A stretch of 64,000 bases of DNA from Candidatus Bathyarchaeota archaeon (GCA_963775465.1 CAVZIW010000003.1:320001-384000); one strand, 5' to 3'; shown: positions 19,316-30,281, counted from the stretch's first letter. Program-made: numbers and translations. Notes: generated by a model not told the origin, from the sequence alone.

Positions 19316-20335
19316 CTATTTTTTAATTCTCTTTTTCTTGCTTTTTTTGCACTTTAAAGGTTTGTCTTTCCTTTTTTTCCTTTTAGATTTTATGGTTGAG
19401 AGTGTTTCTGAAAGAAGCTTTAGTTGTTCAATGTTTAATTTTGCCTCGTAAGCACGCGGTCTTATTTTGATGTTTTTTAGTAGGTGATAAAATTGGTCTC
19501 TTTCCAAGACAAATTTCTTTAAAACTTGGCTTGCGAGGTGGAGGTCACCTTCATCAGTTTCTAACCGGATTTTATCAAAGACTCGGGCTAATTGAATTAG
19601 TATTTTGCCACGTTGCTTGTTCAAATCAGCTATGTAAATTAAGTCGCCGAGTTTAAGCTCTCTAAAAGCGTTATAGCCAACGTCTCCTACTATTAGAAGT
19701 TCTTTTCCCAAATTCGTTTCCTTTCTTATTTTCTGAACTGTCTTTTCTGGAAAACGATTGAGAACTCCGATGTACCATTTATTAGCACATTCATCTGACC
19801 AATCCAAAATATTGGTATGTTCCTTAATTTTTTTCAAGCGGCAAGTTGCCTTTTTTTTATTTAAGCTCCACAACTTCTTGTGATTCTTTAAATCGCCTAT
19901 TGATTTTGCGTATTGCCATAAATTTTCAGTGAAAAAATTTTTTATTTTATTTATTTCTGCATTTTCTATTAGTACCCCAACATTAATGCCGCTTGAGAAG
20001 TCAGTTTCTATTAGCTCTGCTGAAGTTACTATTGCAGCATTATCAAATATGAAAATATTTGACTCAACCCTGTCACATGCTTTGACACTATCTTTAAAGT
20101 GTTCTCGCAAATACTGAAATTCATATGGATTAATTTCGCTATGCTTTACTGTTGTATCGTTTAGGGGAAAGACAAACCGAATGTCTACTGGAGGACACTT
20201 TAAAATTTCTTGTGAAAGAATCTTGTGCGCATCTGTCCCAAGCTGCAAAGAACTTACCCATAGAGTTTCTTTGGACTGGGAAGATAGACGTTGAATTATT
20301 TCATACAGTTCAGAATAAGAGAGAAATTTAGCCAT
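19316..20335 (-). CDS. PLD-like domain protein with degenerate catalytic motif and basic tail
   Basis: ESNIFIFDNAAIVTSAEL aligns to the PLDc HxK-x4-D-x6-(G/T)SAN motif but lacks H and K. Confidence 0.6.
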   Translation of the reverse strand: MAKFLSYSELYEIIQRLSSQSKETLWVSSLQLGTDAHKILSQEILKCPPVDIRFVFPLNDTTVKHSEINPYEFQYLREHFKDSVKACDRVESNIFIFDNAAIVTSAELIETDFSSGINVGVLIENAEINKIKNFFTENLWQYAKSIGDLKNHKKLWSLNKKKATCRLKKIKEHTNILDWSDECANKWYIGVLNRFPEKTVQKIRKETNLGKELLIVGDVGYNAFRELKLGDLIYIADLNKQRGKILIQLARVFDKIRLETDEGDLHLASQVLKKFVLERDQFYHLLKNIKIRPRAYEAKLNIEQLKLLSETLSTIKSKRKKRKDKPLKCKKSKKKRIKK

Positions 20336-20621
20336 ACACTTACAAGTGCTTTTTCACATAAAAATTTTTCACATAAACAAGAAGGCTGAGAGTGTCTAAA
20401 CTGTGGTTTGTTCCATTAAGATCTATTTGCTTGCACTTGTTTCTGTGAATTAGCCTTTTGAGAATTCCTGCAAATTTAGTTAATCCCAGAGTTAAAAAGA
20501 AAACGCTGGCGAAATCTCTGCTGTAAGCCTATCTTTAGAATTTAATTATTTTTTAGGAACTTAAAGTAAGCTTGAATTGGTAGACTATCATTTCGTTTAG
20601 TACATATTTGCAGTTTTGTGT

Positions 20622-20909
20622 TTATGGGCAATTACGGTAATTTTTAATTGGCGACATCGGAATGGTGAAAGTCTCTAACACGCCCTCAACTAAGCGAATC
20701 TTGTCGCTAACAAAATGCAGCGCATTGGCGTTAGTGTCGGCTTGGAATAAAACGGCAAAATCCCATTCGCCAAGCATTTGATATGCTTCTTCTAGTTTTA
20801 CTCCATCGATGGGTTGTTGGCTGAATTCCATTAAGGGTTCATAAATCTTAGCAGCCATATTGGGGCTAATCTTAATTAACGTAAGGTATTTTTGACCAAA
20901 ATTGCTCAA
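20622..20909 (-). CDS. Lrp/AsnC ligand-binding (RAM)/GYD-like small protein
   Basis: EAYQMLGEWDFAV...IRLVEGVLETFT; probable TTG start at 20909. Confidence 0.65.
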   Translation of the reverse strand: MSNFGQKYLTLIKISPNMAAKIYEPLMEFSQQPIDGVKLEEAYQMLGEWDFAVLFQADTNANALHFVSDKIRLVEGVLETFTIPMSPIKNYRNCP

Positions 20910-20981
20910 GGATCGCACCTAAAAGCAAACTGTTAATGCACCCTAAAAAACATAATGCTCGAAAGCTAGAGCAGCGTTATT

Positions 20982-23012
20982 TTAAGCTTTTTTGGGTTTG
21001 AATATTCTTTTTCTATAAATAGTCAACAGAACCAAAATTGCAATTCCTGCGACTGCAATCAAATAGTAAATAGTATTCAAGCTGTTACTGTTGTTACTGC
21101 TGTTAACCACAACAAAAGGACGCATCATCTCATTGTCTTCATGGTCTAGTATGTGGCAATGCCAAACGTAACCTGGTCCACTTGTGGGGTCAAATTGGTA
21201 GTTTGAGCCATCTTCGGAAGCAAAACGGATTCTAATGGTTGTAACCGAACCTGCATCAGCTTGAATTGTATCCTTCCAACATTGCTCATTTAACTTAGGC
21301 TTAGTAGGGGAACCCAAAAGATAGGAATCTAACGAAGAAACATTTACAGTTGTGTGATTAAGTGGCGGTTCTCCATTAAGATTAATCCAACTTTCCAGGT
21401 AATTCGCAGAATTAAGAAGTTGACGTTGGACTAGTTGAAACTGAACAAGATGTAAATGAATCGGATGTGAACCCATTGTTGGATTAACAATAACCCATTC
21501 TTCTGTTGTGCCCAATTCAGGTTTTTCAGAGGTAGGAGCACCCCAAAGTTGTCCGTCGAGTAGCAATGCTACAGTTTTTGGAAAAACGCCTTGTTCAATC
21601 AGGGTGAAGGTTCTGGTTTTTGTTGGAGCGGGTAAGGATGGAAAATCACCGTTGAGTGTTGGGTTTAGGTTAGTGGGTAATGTTTTTGGTGTCTCACCCT
21701 TTTGTGAGGCGACGGTAAATTGGGCAATTTGGCCGACTGTTTTTTTCTCATCAGCGTTTAAAAATATACCCTGATTTTGAAGCGTTACTTTTTCTCCTGG
21801 TTGCAGCTTAGAAAAGTCAACTAGTAAATCTACTCTTTCTCCAGGTGCAATTGTTAGGGAAGTAAGTTGGGCAGGAGTCTTAAGGTAACCTCCATCGCTG
21901 CCTATTTGAGTGAAGGCCATGCTGTTGGAGAAATGTAATGTGTAGTAGCGGGAGTTTGAGCCATCCAAAATTCTGAGGCGATATTGACCTTGCTTCACAT
22001 CCATGTTTGGCCATACTTTGCCGTTAACCATAATGGTATTCCCCAGAAAAGTTGGGTTCCAATAGGGGTGAACACTGGGATCGGTGCCTTCAGAGGGAAA
22101 GTAAAGAGATCCATCGGTAAGAAAAGTTCTGTCTTGAATGACAAGCGGAATTTCATATTCGCCGCTAGGTAACAATGTTGCGATGGGATCCTCTATGCCG
22201 TTAAGGAGGTAAAAGCCTGCAAGACCTGACATGACAGTTAATCGAGTTATCCCCAATGAATGGTCATGGTACCAAAGTGTTGTGGGTGGTTGTTGATTCG
22301 GGTAAATCATAATCGCTGAATTCATATCTGTTGGTACCGCAGTGTTATAATCAGGACCATGTAACCCGTTTGCCGTCCACCATGCAAGAGGATTTCCATC
22401 TGACGCTGAAGGAGTTTCTCCTCCATGTAAGTGAATAGAGATCGGTACAGGGCTTTGAGCATCAGTATATCCAAACGGGAATTCTGAGGCAGTTGCTGGG
22501 TTTGGCATCTCCATGCTATTTGGGTTTGCCCAATGGATAGTTGGGTCAACTTTAAACAGGTTAACTAAAGGATTGCCAGATGTGTCAACTAAATCATTTG
22601 TCCATTTCACTTGAATAGGTATTCCTTGGTTTGCTTCGAAAGTTCCTCCTGGAGTGCTTTGAACTGAACCTAAGCTTATCCCCGAAATTGAATTGCTTGC
22701 TTCGCCTTCAAATCCCCAAACTGTAGTTAACTTAAAGTCTGTTGGTTTCCCATCGGAGTCTAGCGTAGGTAGTATTTGCTGTTTAAATTCAGTTACGTTA
22801 ATTGCGTATTCTTGGCGAATTAATGTTCCTGTAGTATCAGTGATGTTTATAGGCGTGTATACAGGAGGAATTTCCAACTTATTTGTCCACTGAGGAATCG
22901 ACATTGGATCTAAAATGTTGGGAGTTTGAGCATTGACGTTTTGAACAATAATGCTTGGAATAAACCCTAACAAGAAGGTCAATATCAATACCATTGAAGC
23001 TATCTTTTTCAT
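20982..23012 (-). CDS. Secreted, membrane-anchored multicopper oxidase (CotA/bilirubin oxidase-like)
   Basis: All four copper motifs (HLHG, WYHDH, HPIHLH, HCHILDHEDNEMM), an N-terminal signal peptide and a C-terminal TM helix with a basic tail. Confidence 0.92.
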   Translation of the reverse strand: MKKIASMVLILTFLLGFIPSIIVQNVNAQTPNILDPMSIPQWTNKLEIPPVYTPINITDTTGTLIRQEYAINVTEFKQQILPTLDSDGKPTDFKLTTVWGFEGEASNSISGISLGSVQSTPGGTFEANQGIPIQVKWTNDLVDTSGNPLVNLFKVDPTIHWANPNSMEMPNPATASEFPFGYTDAQSPVPISIHLHGGETPSASDGNPLAWWTANGLHGPDYNTAVPTDMNSAIMIYPNQQPPTTLWYHDHSLGITRLTVMSGLAGFYLLNGIEDPIATLLPSGEYEIPLVIQDRTFLTDGSLYFPSEGTDPSVHPYWNPTFLGNTIMVNGKVWPNMDVKQGQYRLRILDGSNSRYYTLHFSNSMAFTQIGSDGGYLKTPAQLTSLTIAPGERVDLLVDFSKLQPGEKVTLQNQGIFLNADEKKTVGQIAQFTVASQKGETPKTLPTNLNPTLNGDFPSLPAPTKTRTFTLIEQGVFPKTVALLLDGQLWGAPTSEKPELGTTEEWVIVNPTMGSHPIHLHLVQFQLVQRQLLNSANYLESWINLNGEPPLNHTTVNVSSLDSYLLGSPTKPKLNEQCWKDTIQADAGSVTTIRIRFASEDGSNYQFDPTSGPGYVWHCHILDHEDNEMMRPFVVVNSSNNSNSLNTIYYLIAVAGIAILVLLTIYRKRIFKPKKA

Positions 23013-23266
23013 TTTTAGTCTCTTAAAAACAGTATCTACTACTACCTTAGCTCCACGGAATATTTAAGAATAATGCGAAACCAATTATTTTTCGTTAGTG
23101 GCGGATATTTTTGAGAATTATTTAACAACTTTTATTTTTTCAATATTACTGTATTGCTTGTTAGAAATAGAAATTTCATGTTTTCTACGAAAAATAAAAC
23201 GAGTTGAAGGCAGAAAATTAATATTTCGCCCTTACTCAAAACATGCGAGTGTAAGGTGAAGTAGAG

Positions 23267-23479
23267 TTGAGTTTTGGAGGGCTGAAAGAATTAAGCGCGA
23301 TTCAGCAAGCATTAGTTTTTGGTTTGTTGCTGTTGTCGATTTTAACGATCTATTATGTTGACATTAGTTGGACCTTCAAGTTAGGAATAGGCGTTTTGAC
23401 GTTTGCACTTATTTTCTTAGTAATATCTGCAACTGCACTACTTAGGCAACAAAAAGAAATGAGAAAAGCCCAATCTTAA
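23267..23479 (+). CDS. Small two-TM membrane protein
   Basis: Two hydrophobic helices; SD GGTGA upstream of the TTG start. Confidence 0.65.
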   Translation: MSFGGLKELSAIQQALVFGLLLLSILTIYYVDISWTFKLGIGVLTFALIFLVISATALLRQQKEMRKAQS

Positions 23480-23798
23480 ACAATTCCTTTTGTCTGTCAC
23501 TTTCAATGTCCTCCCCATTATTGCTTAATGTTGTTATGATGCAGCTTAAATCAGCAAAAACGAGAGAAAACTCTTCGTGAAGAAAAGAGACAAAAGCAAT
23601 GCGGCAGAATCTTGTTAAACCATCCGTTGTTTAAACGACCAAAACTAAAAAGTGTTTTTCATTGAACATACCTGGTGTGATGAGCTTTTTTCAAGGTTTG
23701 CTCAATGCGGTTTTGTTGTCCTTTTTGTGTCACCCTCCGTGCTTTTTTCACAATGAAACAATCTGTCGACACAAGTTTGATGAATGCAAAAGAATTAT

Positions 23799-24050
23799 TC
23801 AAAATTCAGTTGAATCCTCTGGCTGTCTGATCCAGACTTTAACATTACTTTGGAGCCGGATTCTTCCTTCTGTCTGCATGAGCTTTATTTGCGTGTGAAC
23901 AAACCTATCATCTTCACAATTAAATTCTTTCTTTACAACATCTTCAAGCTTAGGTAGCGAGATGTGTTCGACCGCGCCAACAATATCCCAGAAATGAACC
24001 TGAATCTTTTGCCTCTTCTTCTGATATTCAATTTCAGAAGGTTTAACCAT
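23799..24050 (-). CDS. Hypothetical protein, possible winged-helix
   Basis: Probable start at MVKPSEIEY; the C-terminus (helix then beta-hairpin, EGRIRLQSNVKVWI) resembles a wHTH. Confidence 0.5.
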   Translation of the reverse strand: MVKPSEIEYQKKRQKIQVHFWDIVGAVEHISLPKLEDVVKKEFNCEDDRFVHTQIKLMQTEGRIRLQSNVKVWIRQPEDSTEF

Positions 24051-24437
24051 ATCTGTTCTATCTCGCGCAGTAAGGCCATTCATTCTTTTCCTTATGATGC
24101 CTAACACATTCTTCACAATTACCGTGTCGTGGGCAATCTCTATTGGGACAAGGACAATTAGGCGCTGTAACTGACATAACCAATAATTACTTGCGCTAAG
24201 AATATATTCATTAAGTATTTGTACGAAATTTACTTCCGTGTTCAATAACATTTTTTATTGAGGGGAAAACTACCGAAATTGGCTCGCTCATTTATGGCTG
24301 AGGATCACTGCTTTGGTGCGCATATTGTGTTGTCTAAAAAATTAGTCGTTTTTAAGTAAGATTCACTTCCCAATGTGGCGGTTTCTTTTCTATCAGGTGA
24401 ATTAGTTTATCTGCTAAATGTACGAGCTTTAGAAAGT

Positions 24438-26396
24438 CTAAAGAAAAAGTGCTAGCAGCCTAAACGCTAAGCCCCCGATTAGAAGGGCGGCGCCTATGTT
24501 GGCTGCTGTAATCACCGTTGTGGCTTTCCAACCGAATTCTTTTGCGAGAATAGCCATTGTCGACAAGCACGGTATATACAGCATCGCTACAAGCGCTATA
24601 ACAATCAGCTGGATCGGTGTAAAAAAGAGACCCAGATTGGTGGAGCCAAAAATTGCTACCGCACCCAAAATAATTAGTTCTTTTCGTACCACGCCAAGAA
24701 CTAGTAGAATTCCAGCAGCAGCTGGCAGTCCAAGCCACAAAACAGTCAAAGGTGACAGTGCATTGCTAATCGGCGTTATCACATTGTAGACATAGAGCGC
24801 TTGAACCAGAGCACTGCCAACGATGTATATGGGAAAGACAATGTAGATTATTGATTTGGTTCGTGTCCAAGTTTGCTTTGCTACAATCCTTATGGAAGGT
24901 CTTTTGAAAGAACTCATTTCCATGATTAAGCCTGTAGATTTACCGGGAACAACCTTCATGGCGACTCTGCCTAAAGCGAAGATAATGGCAATATCAACAA
25001 CGTAGAGAAGTAGTGCCCATTGTATGCCGACAAATAATCCAACCATGCCGAACAGCACAATTGTTCTTGCTGAGCAAGGCGCGAATGTTATGGCAAAAGC
25101 TGCTAAAAGTCGTTCTCGTCTGGTTTCCATAATTTTACATGCGTGAATTGCTGGTACACTGCACCCATAGCCAAGAATTATTGGAATTAGTGCTTTTCCG
25201 TGTAAACCCATTTTGTGCATTGCGCTATCCATCATAAACGCCACTCGTGTTAGAACACCCGAATCTTCAACTACCGCCAAAAGAAAATAAAACGGGATAA
25301 CGAATGGGATGATCAAGGTCAAACCTGCATTGAATCCGCCCCAAACCCCATTCAGAATTATCGACAAAATTGGTTGGGATGCCGACAAAGCAGGGTCAAC
25401 AGGTTTGATTACACTCAACGCCCCTGAAATTAAGTTTGATAAACCATTACCCACAAAAAACGTCCAAAGCAACAAACCAGCAATGACTCCAACTGCAGTG
25501 AAATATCCCAAAATATGATGAGTAGTTAACCACTCAAGCTTGTCGGAAAAAGTGCTTTTCACTTCGCTTTGTTGAAGAGCAGACGCTGCGATAGAATTCG
25601 CAATGGCATAACGTTCAGACGCAATGACTGAAAAGCATGCTTCTTGACAAAGAGTCGACATTTCCTTCGATATTCGTAATGCAGACTCTATAGTCACCTT
25701 CGATTGGGCGGAGACCATCTTAATAATTTCTGTATCGCCTTCCAGTAACTTTATAGCAAGCCACCGAGGCGGATAATTAAGTTGAATCCCTTCTCTTTCA
25801 ACAATATTTTCGAGCTTTTTAATGCTCTCTTCAACGTTTTTTCTGTAATTTAGAGGTTGCGTTTTGGGATGGGAAAGAGCAACATTCACCGCTTCGCCCA
25901 TGAGTTCATAGATTCCCTCACCACGGGTAGCAACAGTAAACACGACTGGAACGCCCAAAGCTTCCTGCAACTTTTCTTTGTCGATAATTATGCCTTTTTT
26001 CTTAGCTTCATCCACTTGGTTTAAGCAAACAACTAATGGGGCGCCCATTTCAATTAGTTGTATTGTAAAGAAAAGGTTACGTTCAAGAATCGAAGCATCA
26101 AGTACATTAATTACAACATCAGGCTTCTCAAGAGCTATATAATCGCGTGAAACAAGTTCTTCCATCGAAAAAGTTGAAAAAGAATAAATCCCAGGCAGAT
26201 CAATTACCCTAATATCATAACCTTCATAGTGCAAGGTACCTTCTGCGCGGTCAACAGTTTTTCCCGGCCAGTTTCCGATAATCTGATTTGAACCAGTTAA
26301 CTGATTGAAAAGCACGCTTTTTCCGACATTAGCGTTTCCAGCTAGTGCTGCAGTAAATAAATTTCTGTCTGTTTTGTTATTTTTCTTATCAGTCAG
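24438..26396 (-). CDS. feoB: Ferrous iron transporter FeoB
   Basis: G1 GNANVGKS (upstream of the track start), [20 protein letters not shown] and YIPC; the frame extends to CTG 26396 behind SD GGTGA. Confidence 0.92.
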   Translation of the reverse strand: MTDKKNNKTDRNLFTAALAGNANVGKSVLFNQLTGSNQIIGNWPGKTVDRAEGTLHYEGYDIRVIDLPGIYSFSTFSMEELVSRDYIALEKPDVVINVLDASILERNLFFTIQLIEMGAPLVVCLNQVDEAKKKGIIIDKEKLQEALGVPVVFTVATRGEGIYELMGEAVNVALSHPKTQPLNYRKNVEESIKKLENIVEREGIQLNYPPRWLAIKLLEGDTEIIKMVSAQSKVTIESALRISKEMSTLCQEACFSVIASERYAIANSIAASALQQSEVKSTFSDKLEWLTTHHILGYFTAVGVIAGLLLWTFFVGNGLSNLISGALSVIKPVDPALSASQPILSIILNGVWGGFNAGLTLIIPFVIPFYFLLAVVEDSGVLTRVAFMMDSAMHKMGLHGKALIPIILGYGCSVPAIHACKIMETRRERLLAAFAITFAPCSARTIVLFGMVGLFVGIQWALLLYVVDIAIIFALGRVAMKVVPGKSTGLIMEMSSFKRPSIRIVAKQTWTRTKSIIYIVFPIYIVGSALVQALYVYNVITPISNALSPLTVLWLGLPAAAGILLVLGVVRKELIILGAVAIFGSTNLGLFFTPIQLIVIALVAMLYIPCLSTMAILAKEFGWKATTVITAANIGAALLIGGLAFRLLALFL

Positions 26397-26420
26397 AATA
26401 ATTAATCACCTAGACTTTTC

Positions 26421-27134
26421 TTAACCTTGAGGATCAACGAAAACTTTTGAGGCTATACCTCTGCCTAATGCCAATTTAGAGCCTCGAACTAAAACTTGAA
26501 TGGGGCCCTCGAAGGGTGCTGCTTTAATCAAGGTTATTTTTGTACTAGGGGTTAGCCCCATATCTAAGAGTCGTTGAAGAACATTATGACCGCCTCTAAT
26601 GAAGGAAATTCTGCCAGTTTGTCCTTCTTTGAGTTCGCTTAAAGCAATGAGGTTTTCTCTTCTCTTACCTACTTCTTCTAGACCTTGATTGTGGAGTTGG
26701 ATGCATTCTTCGCAGCTAGAAAAAGGTAAGTTGCATGCTGGAATTGTCTCGCCATCGTCAGAACATGTATCGGGATGTTTTAAGAAACGGCATAACGATT
26801 CTTCTGCCTCGTCGGAGAGGGTATGCTCCATTTGGCAGGCTTGGGTATGGACTTTATCTTTTCCTATGTGCAAGATGTCTGACAGGAAGGTTTCAAGTAA
26901 GCGGTGTTTTCGGGCTACTTTTTTTGCTTCTTCAAGACCTTTTTCGGTGAGGGTGCTGCCGTGGTAAGGTGAGTAGTCTATGTAACCTTCGTGAGCGAGT
27001 TTCTTGAGCATTTCAGTGACGCTAGCTGGAGCTACGCCTAGTTTTTCAGAGATTTCTGTTGTGTTAACGAGTTCTTCGTTTTTTGACAAACTGTAGACAG
27101 TTTTTAAGTAGTCTTGGGTTGATTTTTGTGCCAT
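26421..27134 (-). CDS. DtxR/MntR-family metalloregulator with C-terminal FeoA domain
   Basis: DYLKTVY, ASVTEMLKKL, RKHRLLETFL, MEHTLS; FeoA-like RLLDMGLTP...ALGRGIA. Confidence 0.9.
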   Translation of the reverse strand: MAQKSTQDYLKTVYSLSKNEELVNTTEISEKLGVAPASVTEMLKKLAHEGYIDYSPYHGSTLTEKGLEEAKKVARKHRLLETFLSDILHIGKDKVHTQACQMEHTLSDEAEESLCRFLKHPDTCSDDGETIPACNLPFSSCEECIQLHNQGLEEVGKRRENLIALSELKEGQTGRISFIRGGHNVLQRLLDMGLTPSTKITLIKAAPFEGPIQVLVRGSKLALGRGIASKVFVDPQG

Positions 27135-27148
27135 CTTTACTCACCTTT

Positions 27149-27204
27149 TTTAGGCATACCTAAATTTGTGGTTTAAACCTAATAAATGTTTAGGCAAGCC
27201 TAAA
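27149..27204. promoter_or_regulatory. Two DtxR-type operator palindromes
   Basis: TTTAGGCATACCTAAA (27149-27164) and TTTAGGCAAGCCTAAA (27189-27204) upstream of the dtxR-feoB operon; they match the TTAGG-N4-CCTAA DtxR/IdeR core. Confidence 0.8.
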
Positions 27205-27331
27205 AAATTCTGATCAAAAAAACTAAAAAAATCATAAATCACCCAAATCCTTCAACATCACCCATCCCAGTAATGGCTAAATACTGCAAAGCCTACTTCC
27301 GTTGATGATTCAGCATAGGTGAAACAGGAAA

Positions 27332-28669
27332 ATGGAAGACCTGCCCGAATTAGTTGCGGACTTAATTGAAGCAAGCCGCAAACACGAACAGTACCGAGAT
27401 AAACAATGCATAAACATGATAGCTAGCGAAGGACTCAAATCACCTGCAGTTAGTCAAATGCTAGATCTCTCACATGACCTCGCATCACGATATGCAGAAG
27501 GCGAAAACGACGCCCAGGGGCACGTAAAAAAACGTTACTATCAAGGGCAAAAATACATGTCCCAAATTGAAGACTGTGCAACGGACATTATGAAAAGCCT
27601 CTTCAAAGCAACTTGGGCAGATGTACGTTTAGTTTCAGGAACCCATGCAAACCTTGCAACCTTCAAAGGTTTATCGCTAGCTTCAAAAAACAATAAGATG
27701 GTGGTAACCCCGCTGAGTTGTGGTGCCCATATAAGCCACGACTACACAGGCTTAGCCGGTAACATTCTGGGTTTAGATAATATTAACCATGTTTACAATG
27801 TTGATGAATTCAATATCGATGCCGAAAAATCTGCGTATGTCATCCGTGCTGCAAAACCAGGCATAGTCACATTTGGCGGCAGCTTGTTTCTGTTCCCACA
27901 TCCAATCGAAGAATTAAAAGAAGTTTGCCATGAAGTTGGTGCCTACATAGCCTTTGATGCTTCACATGTCTTAGGCTTAATCGCAGGTGGACAATTCCAA
28001 GACCCTCTCCATGAAGGAGCTGATTTTATCACTTCTTCAACCCACAAAACTTTCCCTGGACCCCAAGGCGGAGTTATACTAGGCAGCCCAACTACCCCTG
28101 CACTGGAGAAAGCAGTAAAGAAAATTCAATTCGCAGTTTTTCCCCTTAGTGCTTCAAGCACTCATTTAGGTAGACTGCCTGCTTTGGGAATAGCAGCCTT
28201 AGAAATGAAGCTTTTTGGACAACAGCTTGCAAGTCAAATTGTGAAGAATGCTCAAACGGCGGCACAATATCTCTATGAAAACGGCGTCAAAGTTTTAGCT
28301 GAACAAAAAGGCTTTACTCGTAGTCACCAAATAGCCCTTGATGTCCGAAGTTTTGGCGGTGGCAACAAAATCGCCCAAGACCTCGAAGACGCAAACATAA
28401 TTCTCAATAAGAATCTCTTGCCTTACGATGACCAAAGCAGCAAAGAGAATCCCTCGGGTTTACGTGTTGGTTTTCAGGATATAACTCGTCGAGGTTTCTG
28501 TGAAGGCGACGTTAAACATCTCTGTGACCTTATGATTGATGTAATCAAAGGCAAACGCACACCTACTCAGGTCAAAATGGATGTATTAGGGCTAAAGAAA
28601 GAGTTTTGTGGCGTAAAATATGGGTTCCAAACTGTTGAAGAAGCTTTGCATTGCATAAAAAGGGCTTAA
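27332..28669 (+). CDS. glyA: Serine hydroxymethyltransferase
   Basis: INMIASE, RYAEG, GAHISH, DASH, STHKTFPGPQGG (PLP lysine) and PSGLRVG motifs. Confidence 0.95.
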   Translation: MEDLPELVADLIEASRKHEQYRDKQCINMIASEGLKSPAVSQMLDLSHDLASRYAEGENDAQGHVKKRYYQGQKYMSQIEDCATDIMKSLFKATWADVRLVSGTHANLATFKGLSLASKNNKMVVTPLSCGAHISHDYTGLAGNILGLDNINHVYNVDEFNIDAEKSAYVIRAAKPGIVTFGGSLFLFPHPIEELKEVCHEVGAYIAFDASHVLGLIAGGQFQDPLHEGADFITSSTHKTFPGPQGGVILGSPTTPALEKAVKKIQFAVFPLSASSTHLGRLPALGIAALEMKLFGQQLASQIVKNAQTAAQYLYENGVKVLAEQKGFTRSHQIALDVRSFGGGNKIAQDLEDANIILNKNLLPYDDQSSKENPSGLRVGFQDITRRGFCEGDVKHLCDLMIDVIKGKRTPTQVKMDVLGLKKEFCGVKYGFQTVEEALHCIKRA

Positions 28670-28736
28670 CGCATTTTTCTTCTTTTACCCCCTAAACATT
28701 AATTAAGATACCTTTTAATTTTAGCAATGAAAACTT

Positions 28737-29021
28737 ATGACCTTTGATCTCCTTTCAATGCTCTTCTTAATAACCGCCATAGGCATTGTGGTTTTGTTCA
28801 TCTTGCTTCCAAGGTACGGTCCACACTATATCTCAAAACTAACTTGCCCAAACTGCAGAAAAAGCTTCAATTTCCATTGGGTTCCAGGTGCTACCTTGAC
28901 TTCACTTATTAACCGAAGCACTAGGCAACTGAAATGTCCATACTGCCACATAAAATCCACATATGACATAGCATCAACGAGAGTTAGCAGACAAAAAGCC
29001 GAAACGAAAAAGAAAGCTTAA
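28737..29021 (+). CDS. Membrane-anchored zinc-ribbon protein
   Basis: N-terminal TM helix, then CPNC...CPYC. Confidence 0.65.
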   Translation: MTFDLLSMLFLITAIGIVVLFILLPRYGPHYISKLTCPNCRKSFNFHWVPGATLTSLINRSTRQLKCPYCHIKSTYDIASTRVSRQKAETKKKA

Positions 29022-29096
29022 CGCATAAGTCTACGGCTTTTTTCAGAGAGCTTTATTATTCAGTTGTACAATCAACTTTTCCGTGGAGAATCTCTG

Positions 29097-30281
29097 ATGA
29101 AAGTATTGTTAAACGATGGTTTAGAGAAAGACGGTTTAGCGCTCTTTAAAGAAGCTGGCATCGAAACAGACACAAGAAAACGCGATTCAGCCACTTTGAT
29201 CTCGGAGATCGGTAAATATGACGCCTTGATTGTAAGGAGCGCCACTAAAGTCACCCGTGAAGTGCTCGAAGCTGGTGCGAGAGGTAAACTCAAAATAGTT
29301 GGCAGAGCCGGCGTTGGGTTTGACAATATTGATATTGTTGCTGCCTCGGAATTTGGAGTAGTTGTAAAAATTGCGCCTTATGGAAGTACCAATGCCGTCG
29401 CAGAATTAACAATTGATTTAATGCTTAGCATCTCAAGAAAGACACCCCAGGCTCATAGTTCCCTAAAAAATGGAGTTTGGGAAAAAAACAGCCTCAAAGG
29501 AAACGAAATCGCATACAAGACTCTGGGGCTTTTAGGTTGCGGAAGAATTGGACAAAAAGTTGCTCAAATCGCAAAACGCGGCTTTGAAATGGAAGTCATC
29601 GGTTATGATATTAGACCGTGCTTTGAATCAGGCATCAAGTTTCTGACAAAGGACGAAGTTCTCAAAAAGGCTGATTACATAAGCATCCACACTGGAGGCA
29701 AGGAAGTAGTTGTGGGAGAAAGGGAATTTAACCTAATGAAACCGACCGCTTACATAATTAACACTTCAAGAGGGAGTAACATTGACCAACAAGCTCTATA
29801 CAGAGCGCTGAAAGAAGGTAAAATCGCAGGAGCTGCAACTGACGTTTACGCTGAAGAGCCCAAAGTCGAGGGTGCAGAATTCAAAGACAAATTGATTGAC
29901 TTAGATAATGTTGTGTTAAGCAGCCACCTTGGTGCATCCACAATTGAAGCTCAACGTGAAACATCAACCGAGATTGCCCGCGTAATTTCTGGTTACCTCT
30001 TAGGTGGCGACTTCACTAACGCCATAAATGCAGGGGAAAGTATTGAGGTTGAAGAAAAAACCGTTCACACTCTGTTTATCCACCATCGAGATGTGCCAGG
30101 CGTATTTGCAAACATCGACAAGGTTTTAGCGGATAATGACATTAATATCCGGGCAAACTATTCAAGACAAATTGGCAGAAGCGGCTATGCAATATCTGTT
30201 TATGTCCTTCACCAGAAGGTTGATGATAAGGTTCTGCAAGCTATCAAAAAAATAGATAACGTGTGTGCTGTGAAAATCTAA
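29097..30281 (+). CDS. serA: D-3-phosphoglycerate dehydrogenase with ACT domain
   Basis: VRSATKV, GRAGVGFDNID, GCGRIG, NTSRG and HLGAST motifs; ACT-type HRDVPG; ATG at 29097. Confidence 0.9.
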   Translation: MKVLLNDGLEKDGLALFKEAGIETDTRKRDSATLISEIGKYDALIVRSATKVTREVLEAGARGKLKIVGRAGVGFDNIDIVAASEFGVVVKIAPYGSTNAVAELTIDLMLSISRKTPQAHSSLKNGVWEKNSLKGNEIAYKTLGLLGCGRIGQKVAQIAKRGFEMEVIGYDIRPCFESGIKFLTKDEVLKKADYISIHTGGKEVVVGEREFNLMKPTAYIINTSRGSNIDQQALYRALKEGKIAGAATDVYAEEPKVEGAEFKDKLIDLDNVVLSSHLGASTIEAQRETSTEIARVISGYLLGGDFTNAINAGESIEVEEKTVHTLFIHHRDVPGVFANIDKVLADNDINIRANYSRQIGRSGYAISVYVLHQKVDDKVLQAIKKIDNVCAVKI

